Assembly (NCBI GenBank): GCA_023245265.1 | Contig: JAHFKQ010000001.1 | Coordinates: 1-43,617 of the forward strand | DNA: 43,617 nucleotides | Source: Candidatus Collierbacteria bacterium | GTDB taxonomy: Bacteria; Patescibacteriota; Microgenomatia; UBA1400; MFAQ01 | Direction of reading: 5' to 3' | Part shown: one piece after another, positions 1-11,418 of the stretch | How the letters are laid out: each line of letters starts with the position of its first letter | Numbering within the stretch: position 1 is the stretch's first letter | Made by a program: the position numbers and the translations under genes | Notes under the pieces: model-generated | Databases searched by the model: none | Told to the model about the DNA's origin: nothing | The model's input: only the letters and a program-made list of their open reading frames with translations

Positions 1-120
1 TACTTTCTGGCCTCGTTTCAAGGCTCCTGGGAAGCCTGATGCGGCTTCCATCAGCTTGTCCATGATGGACAAACCTCCTGTTTTTTTAATAATATTATCT
101 GATTTTTGAGAATTGCTCAT
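1..120 (-). CDS. Partial CDS (N-terminus only, runs off window start); possibly an S1-like RNA-binding protein
   Basis: Open minus-strand frame from ATG 118-120 to the window edge: MSNSQKSDNIIKKTGGLSIMDKLMEAASGFPGALKRGQKV. An alternative in-frame ATG at 61-63 is preceded by AGGAGG. The product guess rests only on the ...KRGQKV motif. Confidence 0.4.
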   Translation of the reverse strand, partial: MSNSQKSDNIIKKTGGLSIMDKLMEAASGFPGALKRGQKV

Positions 121-186
121 TTATCATAAATTCCTTTCTTGTCTTTTAGACTTGCCTATTTTACCACAACCTAAACCTATTTAGGT

Positions 187-699
187 TCATTTAGACCCTA
201 GGCACTTCTCGGACCATCTCCCCAATTTTGCCTCTTTAGCCCTAGTTTCCAGCCCTTTCAGTCTTTGAATATACTCTGGGCTCGGTTTCAGTTTATCGTG
301 GACCTCAAAAGCCGTGTAGACCGTGGCTGCCCCGGTCGCGACCAGTTTATCCTCCACATTTTCCCCATCCACTAACACTTTGGCTAAGATCCGGCCATAA
401 CCGTCGTACCCCATTCGCTCGTAAGTGACGGACTTAGTCATCAGCTCTTTTTCAAGGACTCTGGTGGCTTCTTCAAAGTAGCATTCTTTCAGATCAGGCG
501 CATCTACTCCCCAGAGCCGAACCCGCCACTCACTTCCGTCTCTCAGACTCGTCACCCAAAAAGTATCTCCGTCCACCATCCGGCTATATCTTATTTTTTC
601 AAACCTCAAACCCTGCCAAAAGCCCAGCAATATTCCTAGCCCCACCCCCATCATCAACCAAACCAAAAACAGCCTGATATCGGCTCTTTTTTGTGCCAT
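187..699 (-). CDS. Membrane-anchored thermonuclease (staphylococcal nuclease, SNase) family protein
   Basis: 170-aa ORF with an N-terminal TM helix. SNase-like core: VDGDTFWV...VRLWGVDAPD...EEATRVL...GYGRILAKV...VEDKLVATGAATVY. Confidence 0.8.
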   Translation of the reverse strand: MAQKRADIRLFLVWLMMGVGLGILLGFWQGLRFEKIRYSRMVDGDTFWVTSLRDGSEWRVRLWGVDAPDLKECYFEEATRVLEKELMTKSVTYERMGYDGYGRILAKVLVDGENVEDKLVATGAATVYTAFEVHDKLKPSPEYIQRLKGLETRAKEAKLGRWSEKCLGSK

Positions 700-789
700 A
701 GTTTATCTTACACCGTGCCCCTCCCACCCCGAGTGTTACAATATCCGAGATCTTAGCGCTCTTATTCTGCCCCAAAGGAGTTTTGACAA

Positions 790-1266
790 ATGAAAGAAAT
801 CTTGTTGACTATTTTGGCTTTCTGTTTGGTTATCTTCAGCCTCTACTTTCCCTTCCGAATTGCCTACCTGGACAATCAACCCAAACAGGTGACGGTTGGA
901 CCCAACCAAACCTATACCTGGGCCTCTGACCAGCTGCTCACCCGTTCACTCGAAACCACATTTTCACTCAAAAGTCCCGCCTATTTCGAACTCAGACAGG
1001 GTGAAATTGTCAAACAAGCTGTTTATGAAACCCCGGTTATCGGAGAAACAAATGGCCTATACTGGATTCGCGACTTCCCTATGACCGGAACTTGGGCCAC
1101 CTCGGCTCAAGTGACCATTTTCAGTTTAGAAGAGTCCTCGTTCACCATTTCGGCTACTTTCTGGTATAAATTCATCAACTACTTTCTGGCTGTGGCCTTT
1201 TGCGCCATCCTACTACTTATTTCTTTGATTATTCTTGTTTGGTTAGACAGTGTCATACCCGGATAG
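790..1266 (+). CDS. Hypothetical bitopic membrane protein (N- and C-terminal TM helices), paralog of 1293-1751
   Basis: AAGGAG lies 9 nt upstream of the ATG. TM helices at both ends. VTVGPNQTYTWASDQ resembles VTVSPHTTYQWYADQ in the next gene. Confidence 0.65.
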   Translation: MKEILLTILAFCLVIFSLYFPFRIAYLDNQPKQVTVGPNQTYTWASDQLLTRSLETTFSLKSPAYFELRQGEIVKQAVYETPVIGETNGLYWIRDFPMTGTWATSAQVTIFSLEESSFTISATFWYKFINYFLAVAFCAILLLISLIILVWLDSVIPG

Positions 1267-1292
1267 TCGGACAAAAAGGAGACTTAGACAAG

Positions 1293-1751
1293 ATGGACAA
1301 TTCTACCCGTGTATTCCTGTGGTTGGTGATACTTATTATCGTGGGTATTGGCAGTTTTTTTGGAGCCAAAACGACGAGAACATACATCGTGACCGTGAGT
1401 CCTCATACCACTTACCAGTGGTATGCAGATCAAAGCTCGGTTTTACAAGGTGATGGTCAAACCCACCTTTACTTTAAAAGTGACCTCGGCAATTTCACCG
1501 TTTATGATCAAGATGGACTATTCGTCACCACCGGGCAGCCTTTACCAATGTTGCCGGGTGACACCAAACAAATTTTCACCGCCGATTTTGTACTTCAATC
1601 GGGTTACCAGTACTTTTTATCAGATAACGAAGCCAACCTTTACACTTTAAAACCGTCTGAGTTGCACTTTACCACTCAGAGATATTGGTTCTACATTGTC
1701 TTATATATCTGCGTCATATTATTTTGCGTTACCATATTCATTGTTCTTTAG
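1293..1751 (+). CDS. Hypothetical bitopic membrane protein, paralog of 790-1266
   Basis: I prefer the internal ATG at 1293 (MDNSTRVFLWLVILII...) because AAAGGAG lies at 1275-1281. The track start at 1200 overlaps the upstream gene. A terminator follows. Confidence 0.65.
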   Translation: MDNSTRVFLWLVILIIVGIGSFFGAKTTRTYIVTVSPHTTYQWYADQSSVLQGDGQTHLYFKSDLGNFTVYDQDGLFVTTGQPLPMLPGDTKQIFTADFVLQSGYQYFLSDNEANLYTLKPSELHFTTQRYWFYIVLYICVILFCVTIFIVL

Positions 1752-1761
1752 GTATTACCCT

Positions 1762-1785
1762 CCCCGCCACTCGGCGGGGTTTTTT
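1762..1785 (+). terminator. Rho-independent terminator
   Basis: CCCCGCC-ACTC-GGCGGGG followed by TTTTTT. Confidence 0.85.
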
Positions 1786-1820
1786 GATACAAAAAATCTA
1801 CATCAGTTCTATTGGTTTCG

Positions 1821-1958
1821 TTGCGCATTCCCGTAATAAAAATATTGCGCAATGTCAAAAAGCCGGTTTTTGTGTACTCACAAAATTTTTGACGGCAAGC
1901 AAGAACGGCGATCACGCTGGGTGATCGAGCGTTCGGTTTTTATGAAGGGAATGCGCAA
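1821..1958. repeat. Perfect 12-bp inverted repeat (TTGCGCATTCCC / GGGAATGCGCAA) enclosing a 114-nt spacer with internal palindromes
   Basis: Arms at 1821-1832 and 1947-1958. Inside are the 10-nt palindrome ATTGCGCAAT (1844-1853) and the hairpin CGATCAC-GCTGG-GTGATCG (~1909-1927). It lies between two convergent terminators. Confidence 0.5.
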
Positions 1959-1990
1959 ATAGAAACTAGAAATCCTTAATTTTTAATCAC

Positions 1991-2020
1991 AAAAAAACCA
2001 GCCTTTCGGTTGGTTTTTTT
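1991..2020 (-). terminator. Bidirectional hairpin terminator downstream of 5S rRNA
   Basis: CCAGCC-TTTC-GGTTGG, flanked by an A7 run on one side and a T7 run on the other. Confidence 0.75.
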
Positions 2021-2023
2021 GTT

Positions 2024-2143
2024 TGCCCGGCGATGATCTACTTTCGCAATCAGTTGCCCAATCACTATCATCGACGCTGACCTGTTTCACTTCTCTGTTC
2101 GAAATGGGAAGAGGTGGTTCCAAGTCGCACAAATCACCGGACA
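2024..2143 (-). rRNA. rrf: 5S ribosomal RNA
   Basis: 120 nt. Helix I closes 5'-UGUCCGGUGAU with AUCGCCGGGCA-3'. Contains the conserved CCCAUUUCGAACAGAGAAGUGAAAC block. Confidence 0.9.
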
Positions 2144-2261
2144 GGAAAAGGGTCGATGCGACAATCCCTTTCCTGTCAGGTAATAAGTAAATTTTAAACT
2201 ACTTAGGATATTACTCCCTGAATAGTGAATAGATTTGCAAAAAGATAGCACGAGTAATATT

Positions 2262-5480
<3,219 letters not shown>

Positions 5481-5630
5481 AATACTATTTTGCTTCAAAT
5501 TTGAATTTGAATTCGTGCGATCTACTTGCATAATCTATTCACTTTTCAAGGAACAATCCTGAGCTCCAAGAGCTCGTGGTTGATTCTAAGGCGCTCTAGC
5601 CTCAGAGTCAATCACCAGATCTCGGTCCTG

Positions 5631-5703
5631 TGGACCGTGCCGGACTCGAACCGGCCACCTCTACATTGCAAATGTAGCGCTCTACCAGATGAGCTAACGG
5701 CCC
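5631..5703 (-). tRNA. tRNA-Ala (anticodon UGC)
   Basis: Cloverleaf GGGCCGU...ACGGUCCA with a G3:U70 pair. Anticodon loop UUUGCAA. CCA is not encoded. It lies about 150 nt upstream of the 23S. Confidence 0.93.
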
Positions 5704-5708
5704 GATAA

Positions 5709-5733
5709 GAAAAAAGTCCGCCTTTAGCGGACT
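5709..5733 (-). terminator. Hairpin plus T-run downstream of the SIMPL gene, immediately upstream of tRNA-Ala
   Basis: Minus strand reads AGTCCGC-TAAAG-GCGGACT-TTTTTT. Confidence 0.7.
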
Positions 5734-5820
5734 GAATACGACCAAAGCGGCAAAAAACCTAGGGGGCTTTTGTGCTCACTGTTCGGTTTATCTTCATATT
5801 GTCTGCTAAGGACAACTGAA

Positions 5821-5849
5821 AGTATACCAAATACCGTATCAATACACAA
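5821..5849 (-). promoter_or_regulatory. Candidate sigma70-type promoter for the tRNA-Ala/23S/5S unit
   Basis: TTGTGT-N17-TATACT on the minus strand. Caveat: the 5709-5733 hairpin lies between it and the tRNA. Confidence 0.35.
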
Positions 5850-5881
5850 GTTGAATTCTTGCCTACCTCAGGCTCAGCCGC

Positions 5882-6628
5882 CTACTGTAGTTCCCAGACC
5901 ACCGTCATCGACTTGCTGATTGTGGTTGTTCCGGACTCTGCCGGCATTCCTCCCCCCCCGCCAATACCATCCATTTTGGCCATCGGATAATATAGCCCTG
6001 AAGATTGATATCCTTCCGTCACCGAAATAGCCTTCCCTAAAGTGGCTCCGGTAGCCTTAGCCATCACTTCAGCCTTGGTTCGGGCGTCTTTTAGAGCCTC
6101 TTCGGTCAGCTTATCCGCCGCTTTCTTGCTGGTATCCAGCTGAAAGTTGGGTCCATAGATATTTGTCGCTCCATTTTTACTGAGTATGTCAGCCAAAGCT
6201 CCGGCTCGGTTCACATCTCGGAGGGTCACTTCTATCGTGTTCCCCACATTCCATTGCCCTGGTCGTTGCTTGGAAACCCCATTATCATAGTAAGTTTCTG
6301 AGTACTGGTTCACACTCATCGATTGAGTAATAATGTCGCTGGGGTCAATGCCAAAGTCCTTTGCCGCTTGAGTAATAGCCGCGATTTTCGAGTTTACCTC
6401 TTTAATCGCCGTCTCTCGATTGTCATTGGTCGCGTTCACTCCGGCCGAGAATTTAGCAATCTGATTCTTCTCCTTTGACTCGGCCGTGCCGGTCACCGTC
6501 AGCGTCCTCACCGGCTCCATCACAATACGGCCCCAAGTGATGCTTTTCCATGGGAAGAAGAAAATGACGGCTGCGAAAAAACCTACTCCGAACACGATCC
6601 AGGCCAGTTTGGCAAAGTCTTTCATCAT
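5882..6628 (-). CDS. SIMPL/DUF541-family secreted or periplasmic protein
   Basis: 248 aa with an N-terminal TM/signal. LTVTGTAESKEKNQIAKFSAGVNA...AIKEVNSKIAAITQAAKDFGI... is typical of SIMPL-domain proteins. Confidence 0.8.
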   Translation of the reverse strand: MMKDFAKLAWIVFGVGFFAAVIFFFPWKSITWGRIVMEPVRTLTVTGTAESKEKNQIAKFSAGVNATNDNRETAIKEVNSKIAAITQAAKDFGIDPSDIITQSMSVNQYSETYYDNGVSKQRPGQWNVGNTIEVTLRDVNRAGALADILSKNGATNIYGPNFQLDTSKKAADKLTEEALKDARTKAEVMAKATGATLGKAISVTEGYQSSGLYYPMAKMDGIGGGGGMPAESGTTTISKSMTVVWELQ

Positions 6629-6718
6629 AACTTCACTTTATCATTTTCCTCTATATTTATCAAAATCCCTCTTATATGAGATAAAATACCCCCAGCAGTT
6701 CCTTAAAATGGAGGTTTT

Positions 6719-6991
6719 ATGTCCCCCAAGTCTTTGTATAAAATGACCCTCACCTTTTGTTTTACCTCAGAGCGATTCTTGGACCAAGCCATCGGTATTT
6801 TTAACTCTTGGTGTGCCTCTCAGCCCGAAAAGAAGAAACGCTACGGTTTTATCAGGACCAATCAAGTCACGGGGTTTTTCTACTTTTATTCATCCGGACC
6901 CTTGGTTTCTCGCACCGAATCACTTCACAAAGTTCTTGAAGCGGCCGGAAATTTAGACCTGATCAAAACCAAGTTTGAATCTTTTGCCTAG
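6719..6991 (+). CDS. Hypothetical protein (90 aa)
   Basis: GGAGG lies 4 nt upstream of the ATG. No recognisable motif. Confidence 0.45.
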   Translation: MSPKSLYKMTLTFCFTSERFLDQAIGIFNSWCASQPEKKKRYGFIRTNQVTGFFYFYSSGPLVSRTESLHKVLEAAGNLDLIKTKFESFA

Positions 6992-6999
6992 TTAGTGTA

Positions 7000-7028
7000 T
7001 TGACAACACCTTTTTTGGCGTTTAAAAT
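7000..7028 (+). promoter_or_regulatory. Sigma70-type promoter
   Basis: TTGACA-N17-TAAAAT, about 50 nt upstream of the 7079 ATG (SD: CAGGAG). Confidence 0.6.
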
Positions 7029-7078
7029 CACTTTAGCTAGACGCTCCTTAAATCAAATTCCACTCTTCAGGAGAACAT

Positions 7079-7909
7079 ATGTCCCTCACTTCTATTGCTC
7101 CTTCGTCACAAGATATTTTTAGAGTTATCCTGGTCAATATCGATAACCAAAGGGATTTTGTGAATAAAAATGGCCTTCTTTCTGTCCCCGGAGCCGATGT
7201 GGCGGCCCTTCGAGCCGCCCGGTTTATTGATACCCACCACGACCGGCTTACCACCATTCTGTCTTCCATGGATAAGCACGGCCTCAAACATATTTTTCTC
7301 GCCTCTTGGTGGGTGAACGCTGATGGTGCACTTCCACCTGAATACACCAACATCACCTATCAAGACATTCAAAACAAAATCTGGATGCCCCGTTTTGACA
7401 AGCAATGGTCAGAGGACTATGTTCGGTCACTCCAGAGCATCACCATCTGGCCGGTTCACTGTGTAGCAGGCACCCCGGGCAGCGAAATTGTGCCGGTTGT
7501 CGCCGAAGCGATTGCTCGACACAGTTTACTTCGCCGAGCGGTTCACCTTCAGGTTCACAAAGGCCAAAATCTTCGAACCGAGCATTATGGTTTGTTCGGA
7601 GCTGAGGTCGAAGATCCAAAAGATCCTGGTACCAAGTTGAATACCGATCTTATGAGAGATATCTCCGGCTATAACCGCAGCTACTGGCTCGGTCAAGAAG
7701 CCAATCACTGTGTCCGTCGTTCCCTCGAGCAATACATCGCTTGGTGTGAAGAGTTCAATCCGGAAGCCATCCACCGCATGCGCTATGTCACCGACTGTGT
7801 CAGCCTACTTCCTCACGGGGCAGAGTATCAAGCCGATGCCGAGCGTTCTTTGTTTGACATGGTCCAAAAAGGTATGCTTTTGGTCAACAGCTCAGACCAA
7901 ATCATCTAA
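7079..7909 (+). CDS. Isochorismatase/cysteine-hydrolase family protein (nicotinamidase-like)
   Basis: ILVNIDNQRDF (Asp motif), IWPVHCVAGTPGSE and GQEANHCV (catalytic Cys region). Confidence 0.75.
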   Translation: MSLTSIAPSSQDIFRVILVNIDNQRDFVNKNGLLSVPGADVAALRAARFIDTHHDRLTTILSSMDKHGLKHIFLASWWVNADGALPPEYTNITYQDIQNKIWMPRFDKQWSEDYVRSLQSITIWPVHCVAGTPGSEIVPVVAEAIARHSLLRRAVHLQVHKGQNLRTEHYGLFGAEVEDPKDPGTKLNTDLMRDISGYNRSYWLGQEANHCVRRSLEQYIAWCEEFNPEAIHRMRYVTDCVSLLPHGAEYQADAERSLFDMVQKGMLLVNSSDQII

Positions 7910-7932
7910 ACCTCTCTTTCTTATTACACCAA

Positions 7933-7957
7933 CCCTCCCCAAAAAGGAGGGTTTTTT
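7933..7957 (+). terminator. Rho-independent terminator
   Basis: CCCTCC-N7-GGAGGG-TTTTTT. It overlaps the stop region of the convergent HAD gene. Confidence 0.75.
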
Positions 7958-8594
7958 AATCCAAAAACTTCTCCATTTCTCCAAAGTCTTTAAAGACAAA
8001 TGCCGGTCCAAAGTTTACTTGTCCCTCTTTCCCGTAATATTCTTGATATCGGTCCGGGAAATATAGTCCTGTCCTTACTCCCACTCTTCTGCCGGCCATA
8101 ATATCTTTACCATTGTCGCCCACCATTACCGTTTCTTCCGGTTTCCCTTGCATGAGTTTCAAAGCTTTATAAACCGCCTCCGGGTCAGGCTTGACGAACT
8201 CCACATCTTCTTTGCCGAGAAATACATCCACTAAATCTCTTAGTCCGTTATTTCGGAGAGCGGTTTTGACCCACCGTTTCCGAGAAGCGGTGATAATACC
8301 GATTTTCCCGCCCTCCATTTTTATTTTTTTCAAAAGTTCCATTGCTCCAGGGTTGAGTGTTACCGAATTAAGTTTTTCGATCACTTCCGCCTCCACTTCG
8401 GCAAAAAAAGCTTCACTATTGGTAATCCCCAGCCGGGCCGGTCCGTCCCAATCACCAATTACTTCATTGCCAATTTTTTCATACTCCACTTCGATACCAT
8501 GTTTAGCAAAGACTTTTTTAAAACCGGCAAACCAAATTGGCAGGGTATCAGCCAAGCTTCCATCCCAGTCGAACAAAAAATATTTATATCTCAT
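7956..8594 (-). CDS. HAD-superfamily hydrolase (subfamily IA, phosphatase-like)
   Basis: Motif I FLFDWDGSLADT. Also IITASRK, and VGDNGKDIMAG (motif IV). Confidence 0.88.
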   Translation of the reverse strand: MRYKYFLFDWDGSLADTLPIWFAGFKKVFAKHGIEVEYEKIGNEVIGDWDGPARLGITNSEAFFAEVEAEVIEKLNSVTLNPGAMELLKKIKMEGGKIGIITASRKRWVKTALRNNGLRDLVDVFLGKEDVEFVKPDPEAVYKALKLMQGKPEETVMVGDNGKDIMAGRRVGVRTGLYFPDRYQEYYGKEGQVNFGPAFVFKDFGEMEKFLD

Positions 8595-8626
8595 GCCTTC
8601 ATTTTAACCCCTCCTATCTCAATTCT

Positions 8627-9148
8627 TTACCTCAAATCACCACAGGCCGTACTCACCGCCACTCTTTCGTCTGATTCATGAACATTTACTGCCAAAGGCA
8701 AATCGGCAAATAAATCTGCCATACTCACCGAGATAACCGTCTCTGCTTTTCCGTTGATCACTTTATTTAGTGGATACTTCACCACTCCGGTATTTGGACA
8801 CTTACCGACATGAACATGCGACGGTTGTGGCGACGGATACTTGGTCCCAATCATACTTATAGTCACTTTTGTTTTATCCCCAACCGCCACAAATTCCGCC
8901 ATTCCACTCTGCCCCGATAACCCTGTTTGTTCCAAAACTATCGCCTTAGAAACCAAGGTTGGTGTGGGCGAAACCACGGTGGTAGGTACCACTGCCTCTT
9001 CCACGCTCGGCAACACCACTGCTTTATTATTGCCCATCCAAATCATCCAAAATCCAATCGCCAAAATCAAAAGGATCATGAATGTCCCCGGAGTATTTTT
9101 TGACATTTTTAATAATGATGATAATAAATTAATGATACTCATAGCCAT
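8627..9148 (-). CDS. Membrane-anchored hypothetical protein with a CHRD / Cu,Zn-SOD-like beta-sandwich signature
   Basis: N-terminal TM helix. SHVHVGKCPNTGVV and LAVNVHESDERVAVSTACGDL resemble CHRD/SodC-like motifs. The functional call is weak. Confidence 0.55.
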   Translation of the reverse strand: MAMSIINLLSSLLKMSKNTPGTFMILLILAIGFWMIWMGNNKAVVLPSVEEAVVPTTVVSPTPTLVSKAIVLEQTGLSGQSGMAEFVAVGDKTKVTISMIGTKYPSPQPSHVHVGKCPNTGVVKYPLNKVINGKAETVISVSMADLFADLPLAVNVHESDERVAVSTACGDLR

Positions 9149-9194
9149 GGTTTTGTCAATATTCTTACAAATAACGCTCGTTGTAAAATAACTA

Positions 9195-9812
9195 ATGGAA
9201 ATTATTTGTCTGACGGTCGGAGATTTGGCGACTCACTGCTATCTGGCCATTGATGAAGAAACACGGCAAACCCTCGTTATCGATCCGGGCGACGAAGGCG
9301 ACTTTCTCAGCACCACTATTTTAGAAAATAATCTGGTTCCTCAAGCCATTATTCTCACACATGGGCATTACGATCACTGTCTCGCCGCCCTAGAGCTCAA
9401 ACTCAATTTTTCCCTTCCCATTTATCTCCACCAAAAAGACTTATTTCTTTATGAGAAGGCTCATCTCTCGGCCAAGCATTTCTCACATATCGCTATTCCC
9501 AAGCTCCCTCCCATTGACCATTTTCTAAAAGACCAGGAAATTATCACTTTTGGTAATTCATCTCTCAAAGTTCTACATACTCCCGGCCACACCCCTGGTT
9601 CGGTTTGCCTCTACTCTGCTCGTTCTCTTTTCAGCGGCGATACTCTCTTCGTCAACGGTGTCGGTAGTACTGACCATCAGTACTCCTCCGCCAGCGACCT
9701 GAAAAAATCCTTCGCCAAGATCAAGCCATTTTCTACTAACTCACTAATTTATCCGGGCCACGAAGATTTTGGCCTGCCACTTGTCGCCACACCTCCTCAT
9801 CTCTTTTCTTAA
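9195..9812 (+). CDS. MBL-fold metallo-hydrolase (glyoxalase II-like)
   Basis: ILTHGHYDHCLA (HxHxDH), HTPGHTPGS and GDTLF motifs. Confidence 0.9.
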   Translation: MEIICLTVGDLATHCYLAIDEETRQTLVIDPGDEGDFLSTTILENNLVPQAIILTHGHYDHCLAALELKLNFSLPIYLHQKDLFLYEKAHLSAKHFSHIAIPKLPPIDHFLKDQEIITFGNSSLKVLHTPGHTPGSVCLYSARSLFSGDTLFVNGVGSTDHQYSSASDLKKSFAKIKPFSTNSLIYPGHEDFGLPLVATPPHLFS

Positions 9813-10311
9813 TTTGATCCAGGATAAAGTCTTCGGCCCCATTCGACTCCATCAACTTTTTTGTCGCGAAAAAATTCAAGTCAAACTGCCACGAATACCA
9901 GCACAAAAAAACATCTATCTGAGTTTTCATCTCTTTTTTGGGCACCAGTCGTCCTTCCAAGAATGCCCTTAAGGCGCCTGGGGTTACTTTACCTTCCGGC
10001 AGTTTAAACTCCTGAATATGGTAGTGAAAATACGAAAGCAATCCCAGTTTGTCGGCGTCTCGGATAAATCTTCCATATAGTTCTCCGGCAAAATAATCCA
10101 ATCGGCTATGGTTTTTTACCGCCTCAGCTAAGACCTTGCCGTCTATCCCCAACTGTGCCATTTTTGGCCAAGGATGGGACTGTAATATTTTGGCACCTTC
10201 CTTAGCATGGTCAAAACCGGTTTTGATATCCGAAAAACTCCCAAGCATCGCCTGTGGAAACCGTCCAAAATCATGAGCAAAGGTGACCGCTCCACCCATC
10301 CAAGGTTTCAA
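9736..10311 (-). CDS. HD-domain phosphohydrolase, C-terminal part (carries the HD dyad); TTG start
   Basis: AHDFGRF...HAKEGA...NHS...IRDADKL. It overlaps the upstream ORF by TTGA. Its 3' end overlaps the convergent MBL gene by 77 nt. Confidence 0.6.
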   Translation of the reverse strand: MKPWMGGAVTFAHDFGRFPQAMLGSFSDIKTGFDHAKEGAKILQSHPWPKMAQLGIDGKVLAEAVKNHSRLDYFAGELYGRFIRDADKLGLLSYFHYHIQEFKLPEGKVTPGALRAFLEGRLVPKKEMKTQIDVFLCWYSWQFDLNFFATKKLMESNGAEDFILDQIKKRDEEVWRQVAGQNLRGPDKLVS

Positions 10312-10598
10312 TCTACATCCGTCTGTTGTGCCATAATCTCCAGCCCTGCCACAACCACCTCTCTGGTGTGAAGCACCTTTCTCAATATCATGTGCCTCAC
10401 ATCCCGACTCTGAGCCGCCATAAAATGTTCTTGCATTAAGTTCAGTCCAAACTCCAGCAGTTCATCGGGAATCATAAACTTCTCGGTTCCTTCACCCAAA
10501 AACAGTTCCTTTGTCCAGCGCTTCATAGCATCAACCTCAATATCAGGGTTTGCCAAAACCTCCAAATCGTTGTTATTCCTAATTTTCACAAGCCTCAT
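10308..10598 (-). CDS. HD-domain phosphohydrolase, N-terminal part (carries the first His); split from 9736-10311
   Basis: ...RKVLHTREVVVAGLEIMAQQTDVD*. The His sits 34 aa from the HD dyad of the next ORF if the two are joined by a -1 shift. Confidence 0.55.
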   Translation of the reverse strand: MRLVKIRNNNDLEVLANPDIEVDAMKRWTKELFLGEGTEKFMIPDELLEFGLNLMQEHFMAAQSRDVRHMILRKVLHTREVVVAGLEIMAQQTDVD

Positions 10599-10608
10599 TT
10601 TACCTTAC

Positions 10609-10637
10609 TTGACAATTCTACTATCTTGCCCTATAGT
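10609..10637 (+). promoter_or_regulatory. Sigma70-type promoter
   Basis: TTGACA-N17-TATAGT. Downstream, CTTAC..TTCGT weakly resembles the GACTTACAAAGTTCGTC leader element. Confidence 0.6.
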
Positions 10638-10700
10638 AAACGAATCTTACTTTCGTACGCACCCTAAATCATTCCCTACCAATCCATTTCAAGGAGTCCC

Positions 10701-11354
10701 ATGGACATTAAGCAAATCAATGAGCTTGTGGCAGAAGGTATTCAGTTAACCAGGCTCTGGAACAATCCGGAGTCCACTGGCCGTTACTACCATAACGATG
10801 AACACGCAGAAATGGCACATAACTGCTTCTTCGAGATCGCCGTCAAGGCGAATTTGAATCAGCGCATCAGCTACGATGAGATCCTCCTCGGCCGCCTGGC
10901 TATAGCTTGGCATGATGTCATCCAAGGACAAGGGTCGACTCAAAACGAAACTAAAAGCGCCGACTTACTGGCCAAAGACATGGTCCGCTACGCCTTCTCC
11001 CCCGATCAGATTAACCAAGCCAGAGAGCTTATCCTTGGCACCATTACCAGTTTCGACGAGCAGGGCTATATGCATCAGAGCGCCGAACTAATTGCCACTC
11101 CGCTGGCTTTGCTTGTAGCCGACGCCGATCTCTGCTCACTCGGCGCTCCGGCACCCAAATTCGTCCTCATGTCCCAACGGCTGATTATGGAATTTGCCGG
11201 CAAAACCGATCTGAGCCCTGAAGAATGGCAAAAGGGCTGGGCTGGGCAAGTGAAGTTTATGACAGGCCGAACTTTTCTCACCCCTGAAGCCAACGAGCGC
11301 TGGGGACTGCGCTTAGGCCAAAACTTTGAGCTTGCCAAAACCCTGGCTCGATAA
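10701..11354 (+). CDS. HD-superfamily protein (COG4339-like predicted metal-dependent phosphohydrolase)
   Basis: YYHNDEHAEM...LAIAWHDVIQG...NETKSADLL pattern. SD AAGGAG. Confidence 0.7.
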   Translation: MDIKQINELVAEGIQLTRLWNNPESTGRYYHNDEHAEMAHNCFFEIAVKANLNQRISYDEILLGRLAIAWHDVIQGQGSTQNETKSADLLAKDMVRYAFSPDQINQARELILGTITSFDEQGYMHQSAELIATPLALLVADADLCSLGAPAPKFVLMSQRLIMEFAGKTDLSPEEWQKGWAGQVKFMTGRTFLTPEANERWGLRLGQNFELAKTLAR

Positions 11355-11375
11355 CCCGTCTCTCACTCTAATTTA

Positions 11376-11398
11376 GGCACCCGAAAGGGTGCCTTTTT
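11376..11398 (+). terminator. Rho-independent terminator
   Basis: GGCACCC-GAAA-GGGTGCC-TTTTT. Confidence 0.9.
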
Positions 11399-11418
11399 CG
11401 TGCTATATTAAACTCACT

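Noticed and set aside
1200-1292. Track starts at 1200 (for 1293-1751) and 11389 (for 11419-12186)
   Set aside because: The extended N-termini overlap the upstream gene in one case and a terminator hairpin in the other. Internal ATGs with proper signals give sensible N-termini.
1852-1962. 36-aa basic ORF (MSKSRFLCTHKIFDGKQERRSRWVIERSVFMKGMRK) inside the palindromic element
   Set aside because: No SD or convincing promoter. The region is better explained as a structured or palindromic non-coding element. Left uncalled.
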